In this document: piece after piece, positions 7,426 through 16,900 of the stretch | Layout of the letters: every line of letters begins with the position of its first letter | Numbering within the stretch: position 1 is the first letter of the stretch | Origin: Thermoplasmatota archaeon | Lineage (GTDB): Archaea > Thermoplasmatota > Penumbrarchaeia > Penumbrarchaeales > Penumbrarchaeaceae | Length of the DNA stretch: 26,433 nt | Direction: 5' to 3' | Assembly: GCA_965234725.1 (NCBI GenBank) | Contig: CBDDUX010000025.1 | Span: 1-26,433, forward strand | Notes under the pieces: generated by a model | Database searches by the model: none | What the model saw: only the letters and a program-made list of their open reading frames with translations | Told to the model about the DNA's origin: nothing | Position numbers and translations under genes: made by a program

Positions 7426-7464
7426 GGGCTAATCGACCGAGGCAATTCTGATGGCTCTATTTTT
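7426..7464 (+). repeat. Hairpin-family element H (copy 3)
   Basis: GGGCTAATCG...TGATGGCTCT followed by ATTTTT. The 5' arm GCTAATCG is identical to 2756-2763. Confidence 0.45.
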
Positions 7465-7515
7465 ATTCTGGTTAGAAACACCACCTTCGGAATTCGATCC
7501 TTCGGATCCGATCAT
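7459..7515 (+). repeat. 57-bp direct repeat R57, copy 2
   Basis: ATTTTTATTCTGGTTAGAAACACCACCTTCGGAATTCGATCCTTCGGATCCGATCAT; 49/57 identical to 2877-2933. Confidence 0.85.
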
Positions 7516-7592
7516 AAGGGGTTCGAAGGAAGAAACGGATAAATACATTCTCGGAATTATTGAACAAAATGATAGGAAGACGCTTCAACTCA

Positions 7593-8807
7593 ATGAGTGA
7601 GATCAAGAAACAGGCTTTCTTACTCATCATTCTCTTCGGGATAATCAGTCTCCTCGGAGACATTATCTACGAGGGAGCAAGAAGCGTAAACGGACCTTAT
7701 CTCGATACATTGGGTGCCAGTGCTGCCGCTGTAGGCCTTATTGTCGGAATTGGAGAGCTCCTTGGATATGCGATCCGTTTGATATCCGGATATTTTTCCG
7801 ACCGGACAAAAGCACATTGGTTCTTCACGATATTCGGATATGGTCTTCTCATCTCCGTTCCCTTGCTTGCATTTTCAGATCTCTGGCAGGTTGCCGCGAT
7901 TTTCATCGTCCTTGAAAGGATCGGTAAGGGAATAAGAAGCCCTGCAAGAGATACTTTAGTGTCATACGCTGCAAAACGGGTAGGCACCGGATTTGGGTTC
8001 GGCATTTCAGAATTCCTGGACCAGATCGGTGCATTCATAGGTCCTCTGATCTTCACGGTCTTCTTCGTACTGTTAGGATCTGCCGAAAAGTCTATCGGGG
8101 ATTATCAGAAAGGCTATGCACTTTTATGGTTTCCATTCCTGATCTTGATGATGGTATTGTTCGTGGCCTTTTATCGGGTAAAGGACCCGAAAAGACTTGA
8201 AAATACTCAAACAGAAAACAAACAAGAAGGAATACCAAGGATATTCTGGTTTTATTCGATATTTTCATTTGCTACCACTGTCGGTTTCATCAATTTTGCC
8301 ATAATCGGATATCATATGAAGGTCTCAGGCCTCCTTTCAGATGCACAGATACCTCTCCTATATGCTCTGGCAATGATAGTCGATGCAATTTTCGGCATCA
8401 TCATCGGAAAATTATATGACGGGATCAAGAAAAGAAAAAATGATGAACATTCAGGATTGTTGATACTGATCATTCTACCGATAACCACCGCATTGATATT
8501 GCCGTTCATTTTTTCACATACAATAATTGCGATCCTTCTCGGGGCCTTCCTTTGGGGAATGGTGATGGGATCCCATGAAACGATCATGAAAGCGGGAATA
8601 GCTGACCTTACTGCCACAACCAAACGGGGAACCGCTTACGGTGCTTTCAATGTGGTATATGGGTTGGCTTTGTTCCTGGGAAGTGTAATTTCCGGATTCC
8701 TATACGAGATCTCCATTACACTTATGATATTAACTCTGGTGATCATTCAGATCTTCTCCATCATTTTGTTTTTTGTAATGAGGAAGGAGATCGGTCCTGC
8801 CAGGTGA
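7593..8807 (+). CDS. MFS transporter
   Basis: About 12 hydrophobic segments; motif A-like GYFSDRTK and GKLYDGIK; ERIGKGIRSPARD; RGTAYGAFN. ATG 7593 is preferred over TTG 7560. Confidence 0.92.
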   Translation: MSEIKKQAFLLIILFGIISLLGDIIYEGARSVNGPYLDTLGASAAAVGLIVGIGELLGYAIRLISGYFSDRTKAHWFFTIFGYGLLISVPLLAFSDLWQVAAIFIVLERIGKGIRSPARDTLVSYAAKRVGTGFGFGISEFLDQIGAFIGPLIFTVFFVLLGSAEKSIGDYQKGYALLWFPFLILMMVLFVAFYRVKDPKRLENTQTENKQEGIPRIFWFYSIFSFATTVGFINFAIIGYHMKVSGLLSDAQIPLLYALAMIVDAIFGIIIGKLYDGIKKRKNDEHSGLLILIILPITTALILPFIFSHTIIAILLGAFLWGMVMGSHETIMKAGIADLTATTKRGTAYGAFNVVYGLALFLGSVISGFLYEISITLMILTLVIIQIFSIILFFVMRKEIGPAR

Positions 8808-8827
8808 CCAGCAACGTGGTGAAAGTC

Positions 8828-9088
8828 TCAAGCGAATGCGAGTTTCCTCATATTGTGTGAGAACTTGATAGATAATATTACAGGGATGCCCTTGAAACAG
8901 ATGTGCTTGGTGATCTCTCCGTCATCTTCCATCTCGAGTTCCAATACCTCGATTTCTTCTTCCTCCGCCTCCTCTAGGATCTCCATCACAGTGATGGGGG
9001 ATAGCTTCAGCTCGTCCGGATGGATCTTGTCGAGAACCTTCCTCATTTTCCTGACGAGTCTATCATTTTTTTTCATCTTAGCTATCAT
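8828..9088 (-). CDS. Hypothetical protein B2 (86 aa), paralog of 2406-2690
   Basis: Starts MIAKMKK at ATG 9088, 1 nt after the A2 stop, with RBS GGAGGT. The track's 20-aa N-terminal extension overlaps A2 in another frame and is rejected. Confidence 0.88.
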   Translation of the reverse strand: MIAKMKKNDRLVRKMRKVLDKIHPDELKLSPITVMEILEEAEEEEIEVLELEMEDDGEITKHICFKGIPVILSIKFSHNMRKLAFA

Positions 9089-9089
9089 C

Positions 9090-9236
9090 TCAATCAACCT
9101 CCTCCATCTCCAAAATAAGTTCGATCGCCCACAGTTCCTCATTCGCATCTTCCACGAACTCCTCGAGTTCGGGATGATCCGTTATCAGGGCAGAGAGTTC
9201 TGCCCTCATCGCTCCAATGTTCTTTGCTGAACTCAT
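9090..9236 (-). CDS. Small acidic helical protein A2 (48 aa, not in ORF track), paralog of 2251-2409
   Basis: RBS GAGGTGA; translates to MSSAKNIGAMRAELSALITDHPELEEFVEDANEELWAIELILEMEEVD. Shares PELEExVExxNEELWAxEL with A1. Confidence 0.87.
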   Translation of the reverse strand: MSSAKNIGAMRAELSALITDHPELEEFVEDANEELWAIELILEMEEVD

Positions 9237-9262
9237 CTTACTCACCTCTTTACGGGAAATAG

Positions 9263-9289
9263 GCAATTCCTCATCGCCAAGGAATGCTT
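9263..9289 (-). promoter_or_regulatory. Leader hairpin with TGGCGATG loop (module copy 2)
   Basis: Minus strand reads AAGCATTCCT-TGGCGATG-AGGAATTGC, homologous to AAGCATGGA-AGGCGATG-TCCATG at 2189-2211 with compensatory stem changes. Confidence 0.6.
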
Positions 9290-9574
9290 TTTTTCAGGTG
9301 ATTATAATATTGTATTGATATTATTAAATAAGTAGTAATAATTATACTTCAAAAATATCATTTATAATTCAGAAAAAAACTACATCAATAGTCTAAATAT
9401 TTTATTCGATAATTATATTAATTATTAATATCCGATCATTTGCCAGTTTCTTGACCTTCTCTATGCCAAAATTGAAAGATCATAGGCTAGATATTCTCTC
9501 ATATAGGAAAAATTCCTCAATTGAATAAGAAAGAAGTTGATAACTATTAAAACAATAATGATTCATAATAAATT

Positions 9575-9602
9575 TAATAGGCCCGGCTTAGCGGGCCTAT
9601 TA
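9575..9602 (-). terminator. Terminator-like hairpin downstream of the FG-GAP gene
   Basis: TAATAGGCCCG-gcttag-CGGGCCTATTA (11-bp stem), 28 nt after the stop and followed by AT-rich sequence. Confidence 0.65.
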
Positions 9603-9630
9603 TAATAGGATTGGAAAGGGTCTATCCGAC

Positions 9631-12600
9631 CTATTCTTCAATCTTCTCCAGTTCCTTGATGGTTTCTCCGATATACTTCTTTAGCTCACCCCTTGTCATT
9701 CCTTCCTCCGAACTGGAAGGGTCCTTTGTTCCATAGAGGTCCTCATAACCAAGCACTCTATGTGCTTTCTGGTCTCCGAGATGGGCTTCCTCAGCCGAGA
9801 TGGTCACATGGCAGTATCTCGATGATACCGATTCGAAGGTGGCCTCTTCCTCTTTTGGAGATACCTGGGATTCCTTCACTTCATCACCGTCGACCTTTCT
9901 TTTCTTTCTCATAACAACAACGGATAAGACGGCGATGGTCAAAAGAAGCACCGTTCCTGCGGATATACCAATGATGAATACCGAACCAGAAGCTCCGCCA
10001 CCGGATTCCATCGAATCCACTTCTATCATGAAAGATGTTTGAGTCATCTCGGTCCCGTCAGTAACTCCCACCACGACCTTGTGCATCATCTCCTGACCCT
10101 TGGTGGGAGTCCAGCAGATCGATCCGGATGCTGGGTCAATTCCCATTCCCTCTGGTCCTTGTATCAAAGAGAAACAAAGATCTATCTCATCCTTATCATC
10201 CGGGTCAGCTGCTTTCAGATATATCCTCAACTTCTCACCTACAATTGCCTTTTGCATTGGGACCTCTTCAATTTTCGGAGCACCGTTAAGGGTGAAGGAC
10301 CAGATCCCCGAATCACATTTTCCCCTGCTGCACCCATCATTGGGTATCACTGTCCAGAAATATGTCTTCCCTCCCTTGAATCCATCAAGTTCGATCTCGT
10401 TTGATCCGTATTCCGAAACGAGGAGTGTATTCTCCTTCAAGGCCATAACGAAGGCTTTCGTCTCACTCAGATAGACATCGTATGTGATCTGATTATCCTC
10501 AGGATCCGTTCCTTTCCACTTAAGGATGTTACCGATCATTGGGACCTTCAGTCCATTGGAAGGTTCTATCAGTTCCGTTTTAGGGGGATTCGAGGCTTCC
10601 ACTATGATGTCGAATTGTAAGGAATCAGTATACTGTCCATCGGACACCTTAAGGGTCACCTTCATTCTGTATGGTTCCTTCTCAAAGTAATGTACGGACG
10701 CTCTCCAGAGGACCTCACCTGTGTCTTTGTCAATGTTCATTTGACAAGGAGGATTTGTGGATATCGAGTATGTAAGCCTATCTCCAATGTCTGGATCGGT
10801 TGCATTTATATCCAATCTGAATAGGTCTCCGTGGTCAATGCGATATGATTCCGGATAGCTCTGAAATTCAGGAGGATCGTTCACATTATTTACCGTAACA
10901 GTGAATTCTCTCCTGTCCAAAAGACCTCTGGAATCTGTGAGGGTAACCTTCACATCGAAAACACCAATGTTCCCTGGTCCAGGCCTCCCGGAAAGTATCC
11001 CGGAAAGCGGATCAATGGTTAGCCAGGTCGCATCGGTCTCCAGTGCCCAATAATGTTCTTCATCCATATCCAGATCGGAAAAGGAGTATTCGGTTTTGTA
11101 TAACCGATCCTGGTCGATCGATTTTCTGTCATCATTCAATATATGGGGAGGATCGTTCACATCTTCCACAATAATCTCAAAATTATGTCTGTCATACCCA
11201 CCGTTCCCGTCTTCTACCCACAAAGATACATCGAACTTACCGGTCTGAGAGTGGTCTGGAGTCCCAAAAAGCTCTCCTGTTTCGGGGTCATGGTTCAACC
11301 AGTCCGAGTCTGTTGTAATATGCCAGAGTATGGGCCCCTGTCCATCCTCATTAGAATCATAATCCACGTAATATACTTCATCCTGAACCGCGTGAAGGAC
11401 ATCCGTAGTAATTATTTCGGGGTCCTTGTTGATGACATCAATAGTGAATTCCCTGGTTATGGACCTGCCTTCGGCACAGGACAGTGTGATATCCACTTCC
11501 CATTCTCCGACATGCGAATTATCGGGGGATCCGTGAAGATTTCCTTCATTAATGGACAACCAATCAGCATCTGTTGATAGGTCCCAAATTATTGAGGTCG
11601 AATACCCCAGGTTTTCAAAATCCTGCTCGTAATCCTGCCCCTCGATGACCTGGGATTGGATCATGTCAGGTCCCATGATCACTGCTGTATGAACCGAAAG
11701 TGTTTCCATGTAACTTTCGTCAACTGCAGATGTGATTTCAATCGTGGACGGGTAAGGGGCTGTGGAAGGTACTATCGTCCATCCCCTGTAGGTCCCGCTG
11801 TCGATATCCGTCTCCCTTAGATTTACCTGGTTATTAAGGTTGGGATTCCAAGAGTAGCTGATGTTGACCCTGGTGGAATCCATATGGGTCCTATTGCAAT
11901 CCTCCCCTTTGATTTCAATGAACATCCCATTCCCTCTCTCAAGATGTTCAGGGACTTCTGAATATCCGGGATCTGAAAAAAGTGAGATCGAGTGGATTTC
12001 GATGGGTTCGAAATTAATGACGCCATCAATGAAATAAACAATACCTCTATTCTCTCCATTGTGCATCCCAAAAGAAGCACCTATCATGATATCATCTCCT
12101 CCCTGGGAACTGAACTGACCCGCTCCCGATACAGAGCATCCGAATTGTTCAAAATTTTTATACCCAATGAAGGAGGCATCGGTTTCGTTGATGCTGACAT
12201 TTGTATCGAAATGGCCTCCTTTTCCTAGTATGAGGTAGACCTTTCCAACAGTATCTCCATCGATCTTGTAAGATGGTGCCGAGATGAGAAGATCATCCAG
12301 GCCGTCAGCATTATAATCTCCCATTATGCTGACTGACATTCCCAGATAATCACCGATATTCTCTGCCACCCAGGATCCGTCTGCTTCTTTAAGGGATACA
12401 TTGGCCTCGAATCCATGGTTCATTCCCAATATCAGGTAAACCTTACCTGTTCTATTGGTTCCAGAATTTAAGAATGGGCAGGAGATTATCATATCTGAAA
12501 GGCCGTCACCGTTCATATCTCCTCCCATGAAGATCTTACGACCGCTCAAACTGTTTGGTATTTCGCCTATCCAAGAACCATCGGCACAGTATGCATTCAC

Positions 12601-13515
12601 GATTTCCCCAAAACCGGCGCTGGAACCCATGAAAAGATAGGTCTTTCCCTCGGTCCCAACCCCACAGTTAGCTCTGTAAGCGGATATGATGATGTCATCG
12701 AAACCGTCCCCATTCACATCACCACCTCCTGATACGGAATAACCGAAATAATCGCTGCTTTCCGAGGATTGGAATATCGTATCTGCATCAGAGGACATTA
12801 TTAGGGATTGCCATCCTGAACTTTTTCCCATGATCAGAAAGGCCTCGGACCTGGCCGAGCCAATGATGAGGTCGTCAATAGAGTCACCGTTGACATCACC
12901 GGCTTTGGAAATTACAATTCCAAGATACTGGCCTGAATTATCACCGATTATCTTCACATCAGCATCATCAATGGAAATGTTACCCTCCAATCCTGTCGTT
13001 GACCCGAAGAAGATGAAAACCCCTCCCACCGACCAATTCGAACCGTGATCAAGATAGGGGGAAGACATGATTATATCATCCAGGCCATCGCCGTTCAGAT
13101 CTGCAGGTCTCGCCAGGGCTGTCCCTAACAGGCTATTGCTACCGGGAGCGAAGAATGTGATATCGGATTCGGAGAGGCTTTGGTTTCCGGTTATGCCACC
13201 TTTTCCTCCAAAGACCACATCGACCCTTCCGCCGTCGGTGGTCTCGACTCCCCCATATATAGACCCAATTGCAATATCGGGATTTCCATCACCGTTCACA
13301 TCGCCTATGCTAGCGACCGACCAACCCGTTCTTCCGGCTATATCTGCTCCATAAAGGTAGCCGGACATTGCCTCGGTTATATTCTGGTCCTTTATCATAT
13401 CCTCATAGTCAGACATGAAAATCAATCCGCTTTCAGAGAGATCCATCCCCTCCGAATATGTTGTCATCATTGAAGATCCAATGATGACCATTAGCACTAA
13501 AGCTGCATACTTCAT
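9631..13515 (-). CDS. Cell-surface FG-GAP (integrin-alpha-like beta-propeller) protein with cadherin-like/putative Ig repeats and C-terminal TM anchor
   Basis: Signal peptide; seven blades with GDVNGDG, ADLNGDG, GDVNGDS, GDVNGDG, GDMNGDG, GDYNADG and a degenerate GQFSSQGGDD; repeats ending VxxVNDPP with WLxIDPxSGxLSGxP; TM near the C-terminus followed by RKKRK; RBS GAGGTG. Confidence 0.9.
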   Translation of the reverse strand: MKYAALVLMVIIGSSMMTTYSEGMDLSESGLIFMSDYEDMIKDQNITEAMSGYLYGADIAGRTGWSVASIGDVNGDGNPDIAIGSIYGGVETTDGGRVDVVFGGKGGITGNQSLSESDITFFAPGSNSLLGTALARPADLNGDGLDDIIMSSPYLDHGSNWSVGGVFIFFGSTTGLEGNISIDDADVKIIGDNSGQYLGIVISKAGDVNGDSIDDLIIGSARSEAFLIMGKSSGWQSLIMSSDADTIFQSSESSDYFGYSVSGGGDVNGDGFDDIIISAYRANCGVGTEGKTYLFMGSSAGFGEIVNAYCADGSWIGEIPNSLSGRKIFMGGDMNGDGLSDMIISCPFLNSGTNRTGKVYLILGMNHGFEANVSLKEADGSWVAENIGDYLGMSVSIMGDYNADGLDDLLISAPSYKIDGDTVGKVYLILGKGGHFDTNVSINETDASFIGYKNFEQFGCSVSGAGQFSSQGGDDIMIGASFGMHNGENRGIVYFIDGVINFEPIEIHSISLFSDPGYSEVPEHLERGNGMFIEIKGEDCNRTHMDSTRVNISYSWNPNLNNQVNLRETDIDSGTYRGWTIVPSTAPYPSTIEITSAVDESYMETLSVHTAVIMGPDMIQSQVIEGQDYEQDFENLGYSTSIIWDLSTDADWLSINEGNLHGSPDNSHVGEWEVDITLSCAEGRSITREFTIDVINKDPEIITTDVLHAVQDEVYYVDYDSNEDGQGPILWHITTDSDWLNHDPETGELFGTPDHSQTGKFDVSLWVEDGNGGYDRHNFEIIVEDVNDPPHILNDDRKSIDQDRLYKTEYSFSDLDMDEEHYWALETDATWLTIDPLSGILSGRPGPGNIGVFDVKVTLTDSRGLLDRREFTVTVNNVNDPPEFQSYPESYRIDHGDLFRLDINATDPDIGDRLTYSISTNPPCQMNIDKDTGEVLWRASVHYFEKEPYRMKVTLKVSDGQYTDSLQFDIIVEASNPPKTELIEPSNGLKVPMIGNILKWKGTDPEDNQITYDVYLSETKAFVMALKENTLLVSEYGSNEIELDGFKGGKTYFWTVIPNDGCSRGKCDSGIWSFTLNGAPKIEEVPMQKAIVGEKLRIYLKAADPDDKDEIDLCFSLIQGPEGMGIDPASGSICWTPTKGQEMMHKVVVGVTDGTEMTQTSFMIEVDSMESGGGASGSVFIIGISAGTVLLLTIAVLSVVVMRKKRKVDGDEVKESQVSPKEEEATFESVSSRYCHVTISAEEAHLGDQKAHRVLGYEDLYGTKDPSSSEEGMTRGELKKYIGETIKELEKIEE

Positions 13516-13660
13516 TCTAATACACCTCTCATACGCATCCCTTGGTCCGATGCGGGTAGACGCTCATCGACGTTGGATCGACCTACCCACTCTGAAGGAG
13601 CGGGAAACGGTGGATAAAACTCTAAGGATATTGGTTTCTTCCATCGTTGGATGCATGTGA
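13516..13660 (-). ncRNA. Candidate structured 5' leader of the FG-GAP gene
   Basis: GC-rich island between a TATA-like TTTATATA (13679-13686, minus) and the RBS, containing three overlapping hairpins (13586-13604, 13554-13588, 13534-13554). Confidence 0.4.
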
Positions 13661-13952
13661 ATGTTCATTTATTTTAGGTATATAAATCAGTTAACTGTAA
13701 TCTTATATCTGATATATTCAGATAATTTACTGCAATTATTATTACAAAATAATGAAACAGTTAAAGACTCGAATAACGACTCAACTAGATGTGTTTTGAC
13801 ATTTGATATAAAAATTGCTCGTGTTGAATTATCAGATATATTTTTTCTAAAAAGGATGATAACAGGTTCACTGGCCATATTAAAAAACTATCAATTATGT
13901 CAAATAACTCTAATTCTCGATACGGATCCATGTTCATTAGGGGTCTGAAAAT

Positions 13953-16900
13953 TCACTCTTCAAAGGAGTCATCCTTGGATCTACTGGCAATAAGAAAAGA
14001 TATTAGTAAAACGACCAAAACAGAAATGGAGATCATGACTATGATCAACCAAATGGAAAGACTGGGATCCTTTCCACTGTTTTCTTTTTCAAGATCATCA
14101 TCTTCATTATTTTCATCATTATCATCCATTTGTTCGGATGGTATGACGATCGAGATATCGAAGGATGGTTCACTATCTTCGAATCCGTTATACGCTACTA
14201 CCCGGTATAGATATTCGTTACCAGGAGAGAGATTTTCATCGAAGAAATGGATATCGGAGGTATTTCCGATCTCTTCCCAACCAGGTCCTCCTGATTTCCT
14301 TTCGATGCGATAACCAATGATCGGTTGATCTCCTGTATTTGCAGGTTCTGACCATTGCAGCAAAACACCTTTAGCCACAAGAGTCGTGGTCAGATCCAGT
14401 GGCATATCCGGTGGCGAACCAGTAACAGTGAAATTGAAGGTGATATCATCTCCTAACATATTTCCAGCGAGGTCGCAGAGGGTTCCATGGATCCTAACAT
14501 GGTATTCCAAGTAACCTTCCAACGGGAATAGGATATCCACCCTGGCAGTGTATTTCATTTCAATACTCACTTCTACATCCTTTCCAGATGTATCCTTAAC
14601 CTCGACCTGGAGGGTCTCTTTATCGATCCTCTCGCTGAAGAACAAACTGACAGTATTGTTCTTGTCAACCGTTTCTCCATTTTCGGGTGAGCTCCCTAAG
14701 AAAATCGGAGCAGTCGCATCCAGTTCAATGACGGATGGTTCACTCAATATTCCAATGTTACCAGCTTTGTCTTTGATCTGAAGGTAGATCTCCTTGTGAC
14801 CGTCATCATCATCAATGTTGAAAATATGAGTTGTGTTGTATTCTATCCATTCTCCCCATTCGAATCCGTCCCTGCTAAAACACATTGAATCAATACCAGA
14901 GATCGGATCCTGTGCATTTATTGAAAGGACAATCTCGCTTCTGTTGGTGATTAGAAGATTATCCTCAATAGTCATATTGTGAATTTCTGGATCTGTCCTG
15001 TCAATGTTCAATGTGATCTCATTAGTTGTACCAACATTACCCAGATCATCTATGCCATAATATTGGAAAGAAAAGGTGCCGTCCTCGAAGATGTACATAA
15101 TATCTTCGAATATCTCCCAGTCTCCCTGATCATTCCTGACCATTATATTTGAAATGTCATTATCGATGGAATAAAAACTGATAGCAACATCGGTTATATA
15201 CCATCCATTTTCACCTGTATGACCAAGAACATCTGTCCATATCCGGGGTCCTGTTTGGTCGATCTTGATCGAACGATGATCCGTCACATAATTGCCAACT
15301 GCATCCCTGACCTTCAGAAGAACGGTTTTCCACCCATCTCCCTGTCCCAATTCCCAGTATTTTTGATTCTTGCACTCTTCCCAATCAGACCAGTTCTGAC
15401 CGTCATTCGAGAAGCACATCCCATCCAGACCGGAGAGATCATCCGATAGATCCATCTCAAGAAGAACTGTGGCATTATTGGTTATTGTTTCCCCGCCATT
15501 TATAGTGAAATCAAGGATCTCCGGTATTGTGCTTTCGATATAGATCCTGTCCGATCCGCTCATCCTGCTCTGACCGTATCCGTTTCGTGTGAACACCTGG
15601 ACCTCAAGGATACCGTCGATCGGATCGATGGTAAGGATCGTTGAGGAATTGAAGGGCATCCAACCTACCTGATGGCCTTGGTATTCGAACATCATCTCCA
15701 AGGCCCCTTCTGATTCAATCGTTACATTGATGGTATTATCCGATATGAACCTGGATCCTTCCTCTATATCCACTCTGGGATCCTTCGGGAAATGATCCAC
15801 CCTTATGAAAGGGTCTCCGAATAGGACCTCGTCCTCTATCCACATCTTTTCACCTAAAGGATGGGGTTCGCTCATCCTTAACTCCTTATCATAACCCACA
15901 TCTTTGTAATGAAAATACCCCATTCCGAGATAGCTTCCATCCTTCCAATCATGATATACAGTATTGAAAGTAGTCCCGTATGACCTTGTGCAACCCAGAG
16001 CTGCCAGTCCATAATCGGTATTGAATGCATAGTTCACGACCAGATTCTCGGTCTTGCTTGCGGAGAGCCAGTAAGAGCTGCCTGCGAAGTCACCGGCATG
16101 GCATCCCCATATCAGTGTGACCACACTTCCTTTGGTGTCCTTGATCATATAACTATTTGCTCCTGTTACCTCCGCACCTGAATCAGGATCTACCTGGAAC
16201 TGATGATTTCCTCCACCTGAATGGGACCATATTGAGGTTATCTCGTGTCCCTTATCGAGGTATTCGATATATTCCGTGGCATTGGTAGTAGCTTCCCCAC
16301 CTCCACAATCAAGATGGTCGCCGTATAATGGTTTGAGATTATCCTTTTTAATAGATCCCATCATGTTAGACTGGAGCCCGTAACAGTAGTCCATGAACAG
16401 GAGTCCCTCTTCAGGATGATCCATCTCTCCCGTATGATAGCTATGGTCTTTTTCAAACCACTTGTTAAGCATATCGCCAACAAGTGTAGGGGATCTCCAG
16501 CAGAGTCGGATATATCCCTTATTATCACCCCATCCGTTCTCCCTGTATGATACCTTGATATCATGCCATCCTTTCGTAAGGTCGATATTTATTCTTTCTG
16601 ATTTCTGACTCCATGGAGGTGATGTAGCATCGTTAAAGAGCTTATCACCATCGACCTCGATGATGACCCCTCCTCCGTACAAGATCTCCAATATGTAACT
16701 ATCATCTCTGTCAATTAGGACCTGCCCTTCCCATTTGATGGAGAAAAAGTCATCGGGGACAGGTGATGGAGGGTCCTTAAGAGTAAAATAATATTCGATC
16801 GTCTCCCCTGTCCTTGTCAATACCTGGTTCTGGAAATTATTATCTCCATAGAACGTGGCCCTTAACCCGCCTGAGGAACTGGATCCGGATGGTCGAAGAT

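Noticed and set aside
9089-9148. N-terminal extension of the 106-aa ORF in the track
   Set aside because: Homology to B1 begins at ATG 9088, and this stretch encodes A2 in another frame.
9237-9280. GGCGATGAGG...GCC resembles the 5' end of the fluoride (crcB) riboswitch
   Set aside because: The downstream AAAC...GCTRATGRC...CTAC pseudoknot half is missing in all three GGCGATG sites, and no fluoride-related gene follows.
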